From NCBI GenBank assembly GCA_964598145.1, contig CAZRAM010000010.1, forward strand, positions 3,824 to 67,823: 64,000 nt of DNA, in the 5' to 3' direction. The DNA comes from an uncultured Pseudomonadales bacterium. GTDB taxonomy: Bacteria > Pseudomonadota > Gammaproteobacteria > Pseudomonadales > JAHEIH01. The position numbers were made by a program, and so were the translations under genes. Shown here piece after piece: positions 12,218 to 22,349 of the stretch. Positions within the stretch are counted from its first letter, which is position 1. Every line of letters begins with the position of its first letter. The notes under the pieces are model-generated. The model was not told where the DNA came from. It ran no database searches and was given only the letters and a program-made list of their open reading frames with translations.

Positions 12218-12338
12218 GCGAATGTGATTTTTTGGTGCATTTGTCGGGGTTGAATTTGGCGTTTTTGGGGACTAGACGCAACCCGAAGGGATTTGATCTA
12301 CTATGTGACTACTTCCCTTCAAAAATAGGAATAACAAT

Positions 12339-13760
12339 ATGTCGGCGAATCGCGAGCAGTTTGGCTCTCGCCTTGGTTTTATTCTTGCGGCGGCAGGTTC
12401 AGCCGTTGGTATTGGTAACTTGGTCGGCTTTCCGGTCGCTGCTGCTAAAAATGGTGGCGGTGCCTTCCTGCTTATATATGCCCTTTTCGTAGTGTTTATC
12501 TGCTTGCCGGTGATGTTGGCGGAAATCTCGATCGGTCGCCACACCCAGCACGCGCCAATGAATGCATTTCGAAGTCTGTCGCACGGCCACAAAGGTTGGA
12601 CGGCGGGTGGTTTTCTCGCGCTGCTTACGCCCTACATGATCGCCGTGTTCTACACCGTGATCACTATTTGGTTGTTTGGTTATCTGTTTGAGACCCTCAG
12701 TGGCAATCTGGATAAACTGGCCGATCCGGCCTATTTCGGCGCATTTATCAACACCAATGATATTTTTTGGTACTTAATCGCGGTCAATGTCATCGTGTAC
12801 TTCATCCTGTTTAGCGGTGTGAAAGATGGTATTGAAAAGGGCGCCAAAATTATGATGCCGGCGCTGTTTGTGATGCTGATTTTATTGGTGATCTTCGTGC
12901 TAACGCTCGATAACGCGTTCGCTGGAGTTAAATACTATATCGTGCCAGATTTCAGCAAAATCAACGCCAGTGTCATCAATACGGCCTTGTCGCAGGCGTT
13001 CTTTTCGCTGTCTTTGGGCATGGGTATCATGATTACCTACGGCTCCTACATGCAGCGCGACGACGACCTGCCAGGCAGTGCCAAGTTCGTGGCATTTACC
13101 GATACCGCTGTGGCGTTCTGCGCGGGCCTGTTGATCATGCCGGCTATTTTTTCCTTCAACCCCGACATCGATACTGCCGAGCTAAGTGACTCGTCGGTGG
13201 GTTTGATTTTCACCTTCCTACCGAAGATCTTTTTGGCCCTGCAGGCCAATATTGGTTACGGCGGTGCTAGCGCGGTGGCGGCGATCTTCTTTTTGTTGGT
13301 GTTTTTTGCAGCCATTACGTCGCTGGTGTCGATTACCGAAGTGCCCAACTCGGCCATCATGGGATCGATGAAATACAGCCGCAAAAAGTCCTTGTCGATG
13401 CTGGGAGTTTCGGTACTGGTTTTCAGCATTCTTTGCATCTACTCCTTCGGGCGTGCGGATTGGCTGACCAATTTCATGAGCTACGGCGGGGCTGATAAGT
13501 CCTTCTTCGATGTGATTATCGACGTCTTTTACGACACGGTATTGCCGCTCAATGGTCTACTCAGTTGTCTGTTGGTACTGTTCCACTGGAAGCGCAGTAA
13601 TTTCCACCGCGAGCTCGAACGCGGCGCACCCAACTATCGCAACTCCTTCCTTGAGCGCTACGTGGATGTCTCGTTAACTACCTTTATCCCAGTGATCCTG
13701 TTGGTGATTTTCCTCAATACCGTGGCTTACAAATACTTCGGTGTTAGCTTCATCGGATAA
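12339..13760 (+). CDS. Sodium-dependent transporter (SNF/NSS family)
   Basis: REQFGSRLGFILAAAGSAVGIGN, NGGGAFL, QAFFSLSLGMG motifs. Confidence 0.9.
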   Translation: MSANREQFGSRLGFILAAAGSAVGIGNLVGFPVAAAKNGGGAFLLIYALFVVFICLPVMLAEISIGRHTQHAPMNAFRSLSHGHKGWTAGGFLALLTPYMIAVFYTVITIWLFGYLFETLSGNLDKLADPAYFGAFINTNDIFWYLIAVNVIVYFILFSGVKDGIEKGAKIMMPALFVMLILLVIFVLTLDNAFAGVKYYIVPDFSKINASVINTALSQAFFSLSLGMGIMITYGSYMQRDDDLPGSAKFVAFTDTAVAFCAGLLIMPAIFSFNPDIDTAELSDSSVGLIFTFLPKIFLALQANIGYGGASAVAAIFFLLVFFAAITSLVSITEVPNSAIMGSMKYSRKKSLSMLGVSVLVFSILCIYSFGRADWLTNFMSYGGADKSFFDVIIDVFYDTVLPLNGLLSCLLVLFHWKRSNFHRELERGAPNYRNSFLERYVDVSLTTFIPVILLVIFLNTVAYKYFGVSFIG

Positions 13761-13770
13761 CCTCTAACCT

Positions 13771-13796
13771 TTGTTACCCGCGGTGGCGGGTAACAA
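13771..13796. terminator. Stem-loop after the SNF transporter gene
   Basis: TTGTTACCCGC-GGTG-GCGGGTAACAA, perfect 11-bp stem. Confidence 0.6.
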
Positions 13797-13896
13797 TTGT
13801 TCAAAAAATCATCAAATTTATGCATTTGTTGCTATCTGTTTGGCTAACTATGCCTGTATAATGCGCGCCTTTTATTTCACCCCACAGGTATTTTTT

Positions 13897-15714
13897 GTGA
13901 AACAGAATTTGCGCAACATTGCGATTATTGCCCACGTTGACCATGGTAAAACCACCCTGGTAGATAAACTGCTCGAGCAATCGGGTACCCTCAAGCGCCG
14001 CGACGAAGGCGCTGAGCGCATCATGGACTCGAACGATCAGGAGCGTGAGCGCGGCATTACCATTCTCGCGAAAAATACCGCGATCGAGTGGAATGGCTAC
14101 CACATCAACATCGTGGACACTCCCGGGCACGCCGACTTCGGTGGTGAAGTAGAGCGCGTATTGTCGATGGTAGATTGCGTATTATTGTTGGTTGACGCGG
14201 TTGACGGCCCCATGCCGCAAACACGCTTCGTAACCTCTAAAGCCTTTGAAAAAGGTTTGAACCCCATTGTTGTTATCAACAAGGTTGACCGTCCTGGTGC
14301 CCGCCCTGATTGGGTTGTCGATCAAGTATTTGATCTGTTCGACCGCCTAGGTGCGACCGACGAGCAGCTCGATTTCCCCATCGTTTACGCTTCAGCGTTG
14401 AACGGTATCGCGGGTATGGATCCCAGCGAAATGGCGGAAGATATGACGCCGCTGTTCGAAATGATTGTCGACAAGGTGAAAGCGCCTGATGTTGACGTTG
14501 AGCAGCCCTTCCAAATGCAAATTTCTGCGCTGGACTACAACAGCTACGTGGGTGTTATCGGTGTTGGCCGTATTACCCGTGGTACTTTGAAGCCCAACCA
14601 GCAAGTGATTGTGGCGAGCGCCGACGGCAAGCAACGCAAAGGCAAAGTGTTGACCGTCATGGGTTACTTGGGCCTTGAGCGTGTTGAAGTGCCGCAAGCT
14701 GAAGCCGGTGATATCGTGTGTATCACGGGTATTGAAGGCCTGGGTATTTCTGACACCCTGTGCGACCCCTTGAATGTTGAATTGCTGCCCGCACTGACCG
14801 TAGATGAGCCCACCGTGAGTATGACCTTCCAGGTCAACGATTCACCGTTCGCGGGTAAAGAAGGCAAGTTCGTGACCTCGCGTAACATCAAAGATCGCTT
14901 GGATCGCGAATTGATCCACAACGTGGCACTTCGTGTTAAACAAGGTGATTCACCTGATAAATTCATCGTATCAGGCCGTGGTGAACTGCACTTGTCGGTT
15001 TTGATCGAATCGATGCGCCGCGAAGGTTTCGAAATGGGTGTGTCTCGCCCTGAAGTTATCCAGCGCATAGTTGATGGCGAAGTACAAGAGCCCTACGAGC
15101 AGGTCGTCATCGACGTTGAAGACCAGCACCAAGGTGCGGTGATTGAAGAGTTGGGTCTGCGCAAAGCCGAAATGACCAACATGGAAGTCGACGGCAAAGG
15201 CCGCGTGCGTCTTGAGTTCATCGTGCCCTCGCGCGGTTTGATTGGTTTCCGTGGTTTGTTCCTGACCTTGACCTCCGGTTCGGGCATCATGACCTCGATC
15301 TTTGATCACTACGGTCCTGTTAAAGCGGGCGACGTTGTCAGCCGTCAAAACGGTGTATTGGTATCAATGGTTAACGGTAAGACCTTGGCTTACGCCTTGT
15401 TCAACTTGCAGGATCGCGGTCGTTTGTTCTTAGGTCACGGTGTCGATATTTACGAAGGCCAAATCGTTGGCATTCACTCGCGCGACAACGACCTAGTGGT
15501 TAACCCCACTAAAGCCAAGCAATTGACCAACGTTCGTGCCGCCGGTACCGACGAAGCGCTGACGCTGACTCCCCCTATACGCCACACCTTGGAACAGGCG
15601 CTGGAGTTCATCGAAGACGACGAATTGGTAGAAGTAACGCCTAAGTCGATTCGTCTGCGTAAGAAATTGCTGAAAGAGCACGAGCGCAAGCGCGCCAAAA
15701 ACGCCGCTGCTTAA
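13897..15714 (+). CDS. typA: Translational GTPase TypA/BipA
   Basis: [36 protein letters not shown]; start taken at GTG 13897. Confidence 0.96.
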   Translation: MKQNLRNIAIIAHVDHGKTTLVDKLLEQSGTLKRRDEGAERIMDSNDQERERGITILAKNTAIEWNGYHINIVDTPGHADFGGEVERVLSMVDCVLLLVDAVDGPMPQTRFVTSKAFEKGLNPIVVINKVDRPGARPDWVVDQVFDLFDRLGATDEQLDFPIVYASALNGIAGMDPSEMAEDMTPLFEMIVDKVKAPDVDVEQPFQMQISALDYNSYVGVIGVGRITRGTLKPNQQVIVASADGKQRKGKVLTVMGYLGLERVEVPQAEAGDIVCITGIEGLGISDTLCDPLNVELLPALTVDEPTVSMTFQVNDSPFAGKEGKFVTSRNIKDRLDRELIHNVALRVKQGDSPDKFIVSGRGELHLSVLIESMRREGFEMGVSRPEVIQRIVDGEVQEPYEQVVIDVEDQHQGAVIEELGLRKAEMTNMEVDGKGRVRLEFIVPSRGLIGFRGLFLTLTSGSGIMTSIFDHYGPVKAGDVVSRQNGVLVSMVNGKTLAYALFNLQDRGRLFLGHGVDIYEGQIVGIHSRDNDLVVNPTKAKQLTNVRAAGTDEALTLTPPIRHTLEQALEFIEDDELVEVTPKSIRLRKKLLKEHERKRAKNAAA

Positions 15715-15720
15715 TTCGAC

Positions 15721-15747
15721 AAAGCCCTCGCAAGAGGGTTTTTTTTT
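15721..15747 (+). terminator. Rho-independent terminator after typA
   Basis: AAAGCCCTC-GCAA-GAGGGTTT followed by a T-run. Confidence 0.85.
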
Positions 15748-15765
15748 GGCTAGGGACGGCCTTAT

Positions 15766-15845
15766 GTCCCGGAGGGCATGGGTCATTTTTTGCTCCTGCA
15801 AAAATGACATACCCGCCATCCCTGGCGGTAACGCCCGAGAGGGAC
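15766..15845. repeat. Branched hairpin element (second small intergenic element type)
   Basis: Outer pairs GTCCC/GGGAC and GGGC/GCCC enclose GTCATTTTTTGC-TCCT-GCAAAAATGAC and CCGCCA-TCCC-TGGCGG; only one copy in the window. Confidence 0.45.
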
Positions 15846-15850
15846 GCGGT

Positions 15851-16121
15851 CTGTGGGACCTTTCTCGAGCCCCCTGTAGGACCTTTCTCGAGCCCCCTGT
15901 GGGACCTTGTTCGAAGAACAAGGGAACAGCTTTCTAAGTTAAAAATTCGTTCCCTTTCTCTGGCGAGAAAGGTCCCACGGTGTTTCGATCAAGGGAAGAA
16001 TTCAACCCGTTCCCTTTCTCTGGCGAGAAAGGTCCCACGGTGTTTCGATCAAGGGAAGAATTCAACCCGTTCCCTTTCTCTGGCGAGAAAGGTCCCACAG
16101 GGGGCGCGAGAAAGGTCCCAC
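15851..16121. repeat. Second REP/REPIN-like cluster with 23-bp and 60-bp tandem units
   Basis: CTGT(G/A)GGACCTTTCTCGAGCCCC twice, then GTGGGA-CCTTGTTC-GAA-GAACAAGG; 60-bp unit CGTTCCCTTTCTCTGGCGAGAAAGGTCCCAC... at 15948/16008/16068. Confidence 0.8.
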
Positions 16122-16128
16122 TGGTGGC

Positions 16129-16542
16129 TTAGCCTTCCGCCCTCGGGTTGAGGGTCTTCAGGAGATCCAGCAATTGCTGCTGCGCCGCAGGGTTTAGCGC
16201 ATCAATTTCCGCCTTCAACGACTCTTCCAGTAAGTGCTGCTTGCGGTAGGTATGCGGATTGTCTTCTTGGATGAGTTGCAATGTGTCGCTGAGTGGTAGC
16301 TTTTGATAAATCCGCGCCGGGCTGATCTTGTAGAAATAGCACAGCTGGAAAAACTGCGAGGCGCTGATTTTGCTTGTGCCTCGTTCTATCTTGGAGATTT
16401 GCTGGGGGCTGATGTCTAGCGCATCGGCGGCATGTTCCATGCGGATAAATTTAGATTCGCGTATGCGACGCAGGGTCTGGCCGATATAGCGGTCAATGTC
16501 ATTCGGTGCTCTACTCACGCGCATTATCTCTTTCAGAATCAA
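16129..16542 (-). CDS. XRE-family helix-turn-helix regulator (start uncertain)
   Basis: IDRYIGQTLRRIR...AADALDISPQQISKIERG HTH_3 pattern. Confidence 0.8.
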   Translation of the reverse strand: MILKEIMRVSRAPNDIDRYIGQTLRRIRESKFIRMEHAADALDISPQQISKIERGTSKISASQFFQLCYFYKISPARIYQKLPLSDTLQLIQEDNPHTYRKQHLLEESLKAEIDALNPAAQQQLLDLLKTLNPRAEG

Positions 16543-16697
16543 CTTAAAGTTTGCGGCTTCGCCTTTAAGTTGGCATCACGCTGGAGTTTCATGTGGGGCT
16601 AAATATTCGCCTTTAAAGAGAATTTAACAGTGTGTTTAAAACGTGCTAGCTGAGACCGCCTGCAAGTTACGCTACAATGCCGCCACAAGGAGCGGCT

Positions 16698-17135
16698 ATG
16701 AAACTATTATTGCAGCGTGTGACATCGGCGGCGGTCGACATCGACGGCGAAAGGGTCGGGGAAATCGGCAAGGGGTTGATGTGTCTGGTGGGTGTAGAGG
16801 CTCACGACACGGAGTCAACCATGCGCGCAGCGATCGATAAGTTGCTAGCCTATCGAGTATTCAGCGACGAGCAGGGCAAAATGAACCTGAGTGTGCAAGA
16901 TATTAACGGCGGCGTGTTGCTGGTATCGCAATTTACGCTGGCGGCGAATACTCGCAAAGGCTTGCGGCCAAGTTTTAGTAGCGCTGCGCCGCCAGACATG
17001 GCTCGGGATCTATACCACGCGGCGCTGGACTACGCCGCCACTAAAATCGATCATGTCGCAGCGGGTCGTTTTGCCGCCGATATGCAAGTCAGCCTGGTCA
17101 ACGACGGTCCAGTGACTTTTTTGCTAGAAAATTGA
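16698..17135 (+). CDS. dtd: D-aminoacyl-tRNA deacylase
   Basis: LLQRV, SQFTL, GLRPSF, NDGPVT motifs. Confidence 0.95.
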   Translation: MKLLLQRVTSAAVDIDGERVGEIGKGLMCLVGVEAHDTESTMRAAIDKLLAYRVFSDEQGKMNLSVQDINGGVLLVSQFTLAANTRKGLRPSFSSAAPPDMARDLYHAALDYAATKIDHVAAGRFAADMQVSLVNDGPVTFLLEN

Positions 17136-17145
17136 GGAATCTATC

Positions 17146-17463
17146 GTGGTAGTTGAAATTGATCGCAACGATCCGGAACAGTTGGCCGCCTACTTTAATG
17201 GCGAAACGGCGCAAATAGGTTGGGAAGAATTGGAGCGTTTTTACGCGCAAGGTGTCGTGCTGCACGTGGCCGATAGTTTGGATCTGGTGCAAGTTGCCGT
17301 AAAACTGGCGCAAGACGATACCGAGCAATTCAAGGCTTGGATGGAAGCTGAGCAAGTGGGTCGCCTGAGCGATGAAGTGGCCTCCCGTTTTCACGCTGAT
17401 CGTCCGATGGTGTGGGCCGTGGTTGCCGCGCCTTGGGTGCTGGTGCAAGAGAACAAGGTGTGA
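17146..17463 (+). CDS. DUF2288-family protein
   Basis: GETAQIGWEELERFYAQG...WAVVAAPWVLVQE. Confidence 0.75.
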   Translation: MVVEIDRNDPEQLAAYFNGETAQIGWEELERFYAQGVVLHVADSLDLVQVAVKLAQDDTEQFKAWMEAEQVGRLSDEVASRFHADRPMVWAVVAAPWVLVQENKV

Positions 17464-17768
17464 ATCCAGCCGAATTTGAAAGCGTTATTGCAACGCGGTT
17501 GCGCGAGCTACTTGCTGATATGGCGGCGGGCGCAGGTGTATCGCCAACGCGCCGCTTGCGTCTGGAAGGCTATATGCAAGCGGGTGTTGAATTGGGCTTG
17601 ATGACTCGTCAACGGTGCGTCGAATTGCTTTGCCACGCCTTTAACGCTCAATTTAATGAGTCGATTTCGTTCGATTCGCCCATTCTAGGTGAGCCCAACG
17701 CCACGCCAGTGGATATTCGAATTCCTGTTCGTTTTCCGGTAGCGGGCGACGCCGACCGCCCCAATTAA
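17460..17768 (+). CDS. Hypothetical protein
   Basis: GTGA overlap with the upstream stop; host-like composition; RLRLEGYMQAG. Confidence 0.55.
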   Translation: MNPAEFESVIATRLRELLADMAAGAGVSPTRRLRLEGYMQAGVELGLMTRQRCVELLCHAFNAQFNESISFDSPILGEPNATPVDIRIPVRFPVAGDADRPN

Positions 17769-19015
17769 AGATAGCGACCGAAGTAGCTTGGCTCCGCCTC
17801 GATACCCAAGATGTCGCGGCGGATGAGATCCAGCGAAATTGCGCACACCATGCGTTGGAACATCGAGCGGTCCATACGCAGCCTTAAACGGCGGGTTTTT
17901 AATGCTTGTTGCTTGCCCCAGGCGATCCATACCGTACCGACCGGTTTGTCTTCGCTGCCGCCATCGGGCCCGGCGATGCCAGATACCGCTACGCCCCACT
18001 GTGCCCCCGAACGCCCCATAGCACCGTTTACCATTTCCAGCACCACCTGTTCACTCACCGCGCCATGCGCTGCTAGGGTGGCGGCGTTAACCCCAAGCAT
18101 GTCGCACTTCATGGCGTTGGAGTAGGTGACAAAGCCGGCGCCAAAAACAGCCGATGAGCCCGGAACCGAAGTTATTTCACTAGCGATGCGACCACCGGTG
18201 CAGGACTCTGCACAGGTGATTTGTTCGTCGCGTTCTGCCAGTAAGGCCACTAACGTATCTGGTAATTTACCGCTACCCTCGCAAACCACGTGCTCCCCCA
18301 ATAGGTCACGCAACTGAGCCAAGGTGTTTTGGTGCAGCTCTGGCTCGCCCTTGGAGCGCAGTTTTACTTCTAATAGCGGCATGCCGGCGCGGAAGCCCAA
18401 ATCCATACTCGCCGGCCAGTTGGGAATGTGGTCGTGCACCATTTGCTGAATGCGCGATTCGCCAAGACCAAAACATTGCAGCTTATCGAAGCAAATGCTG
18501 GCATCGGCCTCAAGGGTGGGCAGAATGTGGTGGCGCATCATCAAGCGCAGCTCGGATGGCACGCCGGGTGTGGTCATCACGCGGCAGCCGTGAAGGTCAA
18601 TTTCGAAGCCAACCGCGCTGCCGCGGTCGTTGGGAATAATTCGGCAGCCAGCGGGCAGCATGGCTTGCTTGAGGTTGGCGAGGCTCAATTCGACCCCGCG
18701 TCGTTCGCACCACGCTTCTAAGTGGGCTAGGGCCACGGGGTGTTCTTCGATGGGCAGGCCGGCGACTTGAGCTAAAATTTCCGCGGTAAGGTCGTCTTGG
18801 GTGGGCCCCAGCCCGCCGTTGACGATCAAGATGTCGTGCTCGCGGCTCAACGAATCAATGTAAGCGTGAAGGGCTTCGCGGTCGTCGCCAACGGTCACTT
18901 TGGTGTCGACGCTCAGGCCAATTTCAAACAGCATTTGCGCCATTTCGGCCGAGTTGGAGTCGACGATGTCGCCGCTCATCAGTTCATTGCCGGTCAATAG
19001 AAAGGCTGTTTTCAT
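17765..19015 (-). CDS. cinA: CinA-family nicotinamide mononucleotide deamidase-related protein
   Basis: MoCF-like N-domain (TGNELMSGDIVDSN, GGLGPTQDD) plus PncC domain (AESCTGG, SGIAGPDGG). Confidence 0.9.
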   Translation of the reverse strand: MKTAFLLTGNELMSGDIVDSNSAEMAQMLFEIGLSVDTKVTVGDDREALHAYIDSLSREHDILIVNGGLGPTQDDLTAEILAQVAGLPIEEHPVALAHLEAWCERRGVELSLANLKQAMLPAGCRIIPNDRGSAVGFEIDLHGCRVMTTPGVPSELRLMMRHHILPTLEADASICFDKLQCFGLGESRIQQMVHDHIPNWPASMDLGFRAGMPLLEVKLRSKGEPELHQNTLAQLRDLLGEHVVCEGSGKLPDTLVALLAERDEQITCAESCTGGRIASEITSVPGSSAVFGAGFVTYSNAMKCDMLGVNAATLAAHGAVSEQVVLEMVNGAMGRSGAQWGVAVSGIAGPDGGSEDKPVGTVWIAWGKQQALKTRRLRLRMDRSMFQRMVCAISLDLIRRDILGIEAEPSYFGRYL

Positions 19016-19120
19016 GAAAATTCTCGCGCTACAGGTGGATTGCGCCATGCTACAAGACCATGCCTAAACAGGCCAGCCAACTGTGCTACACTGCGGGCAA
19101 ATTTTTTCCGTGAGTGTGTT

Positions 19121-19765
19121 ATGAAAGCCTATGTAATTCCCGTGACAGCCTACCAACAAAATTGTAGCTTGTTGGTGTGCGAAGAGACCAACAAGGCCGC
19201 TCTGGTCGATCCCGGTGGTGATCTTCCCAAGCTGTTGGATGCCGTCAAACAAGTCGGCTGCGAATTAGAAAAAATCTTCCTAACCCACGCTCACATGGAC
19301 CACTGCGCCGGTGCGGGGGAATTGCGTGAACAACTTAATATCCCCATCGAAGGGCCGCAAAAAGAAGATATTTTCTGGCTTGAGAAATTGCCCGAGTGGT
19401 GCAAGATGGCGGGCTTCCCAATTGCTGAGGCGTTTGAGCCTGACCGCTGGTTAGAAGATGGTGACAGCATCGAGTTCGGCAACGTCAAATTGGACGTTAA
19501 GCACTGCCCAGGCCACACTCCGGGCCACGTGGTGTTTTACCACAACGACTCAAAACTGGCCTTCGTCGGCGATGTCCTGTTTCAGGGTTCCATCGGTCGC
19601 ACCGACTTTCCGCGCGGTGACTACGACACACTGGTGGCCTCAATTCGCGATAAACTTTGGCCGCTTGGGGATGATGTGAACTTTGTGCCGGGTCACGGTC
19701 CCAATTCAACCTTCGGCCGAGAGCGCGCCACCAATCCCTTTGTGTCTGACAAAAACTTTGGTTGA
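19121..19765 (+). CDS. MBL-fold metallo-hydrolase (YcbL/GloC-like)
   Basis: THAHMDH, PGHTPGH, GDVLF, PGHG. Confidence 0.88.
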   Translation: MKAYVIPVTAYQQNCSLLVCEETNKAALVDPGGDLPKLLDAVKQVGCELEKIFLTHAHMDHCAGAGELREQLNIPIEGPQKEDIFWLEKLPEWCKMAGFPIAEAFEPDRWLEDGDSIEFGNVKLDVKHCPGHTPGHVVFYHNDSKLAFVGDVLFQGSIGRTDFPRGDYDTLVASIRDKLWPLGDDVNFVPGHGPNSTFGRERATNPFVSDKNFG

Positions 19766-19775
19766 GGAATAGCCC

Positions 19776-20180
19776 ATGCACGCACTCGCCATCATGCCGG
19801 TAATTAGTAGTTTCTACATTGGCGTCAATGTGCTGTTGATTTTTGCCTTGGCGATGTACGTGGTGGTGTTGCGCATGCGCCATAAGGTAGGACTCGGCGA
19901 CGGCGGTGTGCCGGAAATGCTGCGCGCCATTCGAGTGCACGGCAACGCCTTGGAATATGTGCCGTTGGCACTTTTAATGATTCTGGTGTTGGAATTGATG
20001 GGCGTGGCTGCAATTCATCTTCACGCCCTAGGTCTCAGCCTCACCCTTGGCCGTTTGCTGCACGCCTGGGGGCTGGCGCGTTCGAGTGGTACTTCGCCAG
20101 GACGTTTTATCGGCACCTTGCTGACGTGGTTGGTTTTCCTATACGCCGCGGTGCTTTGCGTCTATGTCAGCAGCCAATAA
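19776..20180 (+). CDS. MAPEG-family membrane protein
   Basis: RAIRVHGNALEYVP, GRLLHAWG. Confidence 0.85.
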   Translation: MHALAIMPVISSFYIGVNVLLIFALAMYVVVLRMRHKVGLGDGGVPEMLRAIRVHGNALEYVPLALLMILVLELMGVAAIHLHALGLSLTLGRLLHAWGLARSSGTSPGRFIGTLLTWLVFLYAAVLCVYVSSQ

Positions 20181-20272
20181 TTAAAGGTAGTTAAAGGACA
20201 CTGGACAAAATGGCGCTTTGGGTTCAAGCTTTCTGCACCTTATCGCGTCATCTGAGATAAAAGAGCGCAAGC

Positions 20273-20491
20273 ATGATTGAGCAGGATTCCAACGACATTC
20301 CTACTATCGGCGATAACCGTTTGGCACAGTTGCGCGCCCAGCACCGCCTGTTGCACGAAAAAATCGACGCTTTGGTGCAAAGTCCCTTTGCTGATCAAAT
20401 CCAATTGCGCCGCCTCAAGCGCGAGAAACTTCAGGTGAAAGATGCCATCCAGCGCATCCGCAGCCAAATGATCCCCGACCTCGACGCTTAA
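20273..20491 (+). CDS. YdcH/DUF465-family coiled-coil protein
   Basis: LRRLKREKLQVKDAI...MIPDLDA. Confidence 0.8.
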   Translation: MIEQDSNDIPTIGDNRLAQLRAQHRLLHEKIDALVQSPFADQIQLRRLKREKLQVKDAIQRIRSQMIPDLDA

Positions 20492-21357
20492 TGCCCACTG
20501 CGTATCGCTATGCGTTGCTGACCATCGCCATGTGGTCGACCAGCGCCACCGCCTTCAAACTAGCACTCGCCCATTTATCCGTCCCCACCGTGCTCGCCAT
20601 CGCCTCAACGAGCTCATGTTTGTTGCTTTTAGCGGTGATCGCTTGGCAGGGGCGCTTGGCCGCGTTGCGAAGCTTCATTGCTTCACACTGGCGCATAACG
20701 CTCGGTCTGGCGGTGTTAAATCCGGTGCTCTACTACTTGGTTCTGTTCCAGGCCTACGATGCGTTGTTGGCGCAGCAGGCGCAGGCTATCAATTATTCGT
20801 GGGCGATTTGCCTGAGTTTGCTGTCGGTGTTTTTGCTGGGGCAGTCCCTTTCGCGCCGCGATGTGGTGGCCAGTGTTATGGCATACATTGGCGTGGTGGT
20901 AGTTGCCTCAGGCGGTGATCTCGCAACCCTGTTAGGCAGTAACTTGCCTGGTGTGTTGTGGGCATTGCTCAGCACGCTGCTATGGGCCTTTTACTGGGTT
21001 TACAGCTCGCGAGCCAAGCTCGATCCGGTACTTAGTTTGTGCGCCATGTTTTTGTTTAGTTTGCCGATACTGTGGCCGTTGGCGAATGTGCAGGACATGG
21101 CTGCAGGCAATCTCACCAGTTTAGGGGCAGCGGTCTACGTGGGGCTGTTTGAAATGGGTGCCAGTTTCGTTACGTGGTTACTAGCCCTGCAAAGTGCCCG
21201 CCATGTCAGCCGTATTGCCAACCTGATTTTTCTTTCACCCTTTATCTCATTGTTGTGGATCAACGGCATCCTCGGCGAGCAGGTGCTGCCCAGCACCTTG
21301 TTCGGGCTCGCGATGATTTTGTTGGCGACCCTGTGGCAGCAAACGCAAAAAAATTAA
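20491..21357 (+). CDS. DMT/EamA-family transporter
   Basis: About 10 TM segments; WSTSATAFKLAL, AQAINYSW, NLIFLSPF. Confidence 0.85.
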   Translation: MPTAYRYALLTIAMWSTSATAFKLALAHLSVPTVLAIASTSSCLLLLAVIAWQGRLAALRSFIASHWRITLGLAVLNPVLYYLVLFQAYDALLAQQAQAINYSWAICLSLLSVFLLGQSLSRRDVVASVMAYIGVVVVASGGDLATLLGSNLPGVLWALLSTLLWAFYWVYSSRAKLDPVLSLCAMFLFSLPILWPLANVQDMAAGNLTSLGAAVYVGLFEMGASFVTWLLALQSARHVSRIANLIFLSPFISLLWINGILGEQVLPSTLFGLAMILLATLWQQTQKN

Positions 21358-21422
21358 TATTAGGTTCAGCTTAAGTTCAGCCTGGCGGTTTATAGTAAAA
21401 CTGTAAATCGCGGAGGTGTGAT

Positions 21423-22130
21423 ATGAAAAAATTAGCATTGTTCCTTGCTCTTGGCCTCAGCGCCACCTTGAGCGGCTGTGCCGTTTACGAAGTAGAAGCC
21501 CACGGTCGGACCGATTTTGATGCGGATGTCCGAGTGTCTTGGGGGACGGGAAATTACTACTACGATCCCTACTACGGGGTGTATGTGTCCTATGGATATC
21601 CCGGTAGTTACTGGATGGATGGTTATTACTATTACTTCAGTGGCAGTCATTGGATGCGCGCCAACCACTGGCATGGCCCATGGTTAACAGTGGCGCCGCG
21701 CTTCGTGCCGACGCGAGTGCACGGTTATCGCAGTCACGTTTACCGCCATGCCGACCGCTACCCAAGGGTGAAGTTGCAGCCTAAAACGCGCTACGACAGA
21801 TACAGCGATCGCCACGACGGCCACCTCAGCGGTGATCGCGACCGCTATTCGCGTGAATATCATTCGGGTGAAAGAACGCGTGATGATAAGCGTCGAGTAG
21901 AAGCCCCGCGCCAGCGACCTTTTCAGTACAACCGACCTGCAGAGCGTGCCCAAAGGGACGATCGTCGCGCCGATTATCGAGAGGAAAGATCGCGTAACGA
22001 TCAACAACGCTCGGCTCCACCGGCGAGCGAAAAGCGCGCCCATACAGCACACCGCGACGAGCCGAAGGAGGTTCGCCGCCCCAAAAAAATCTCTATTGCG
22101 CGCGATGGCAACCAGCGCAGTCGCGACTAA
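21423..22130 (+). CDS. Hypothetical lipoprotein with Tyr/Trp-rich core and Arg/Asp-rich tail
   Basis: GGAGG RBS, lipobox LSG-C, low-complexity C-terminus; terminator downstream. Confidence 0.7.
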   Translation: MKKLALFLALGLSATLSGCAVYEVEAHGRTDFDADVRVSWGTGNYYYDPYYGVYVSYGYPGSYWMDGYYYYFSGSHWMRANHWHGPWLTVAPRFVPTRVHGYRSHVYRHADRYPRVKLQPKTRYDRYSDRHDGHLSGDRDRYSREYHSGERTRDDKRRVEAPRQRPFQYNRPAERAQRDDRRADYREERSRNDQQRSAPPASEKRAHTAHRDEPKEVRRPKKISIARDGNQRSRD

Positions 22131-22157
22131 CGTTTGATTACCTCCGTGGTCTCTATT

Positions 22158-22182
22158 GCCCGCCATTGGCGGGCTTTTTTTT
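22158..22182 (+). terminator. Rho-independent terminator
   Basis: GCCCGCC-ATT-GGCGGGC followed by T8. Confidence 0.8.
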
Positions 22183-22349
22183 GGAGGGAAAGCCCTTTTT
22201 GCAGAAAGTTTTCCTGTAAAACCAGCAAAAGACCCAACGGCTATAAGCGCAACATCTATCAGAAACAAACCCGTCTAATGAGCCTGCTGAAACTTCGCTA
22301 TGATGAGTAGTCAGCACAGGAAAGTGCATATTGTGGGGAGGGTCGTTCC

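Noticed and set aside
15851-16121. Possible CRISPR array with 60-bp period
   Set aside because: The two would-be spacers are identical and the core matches the REP-like cluster at 7.6 kb
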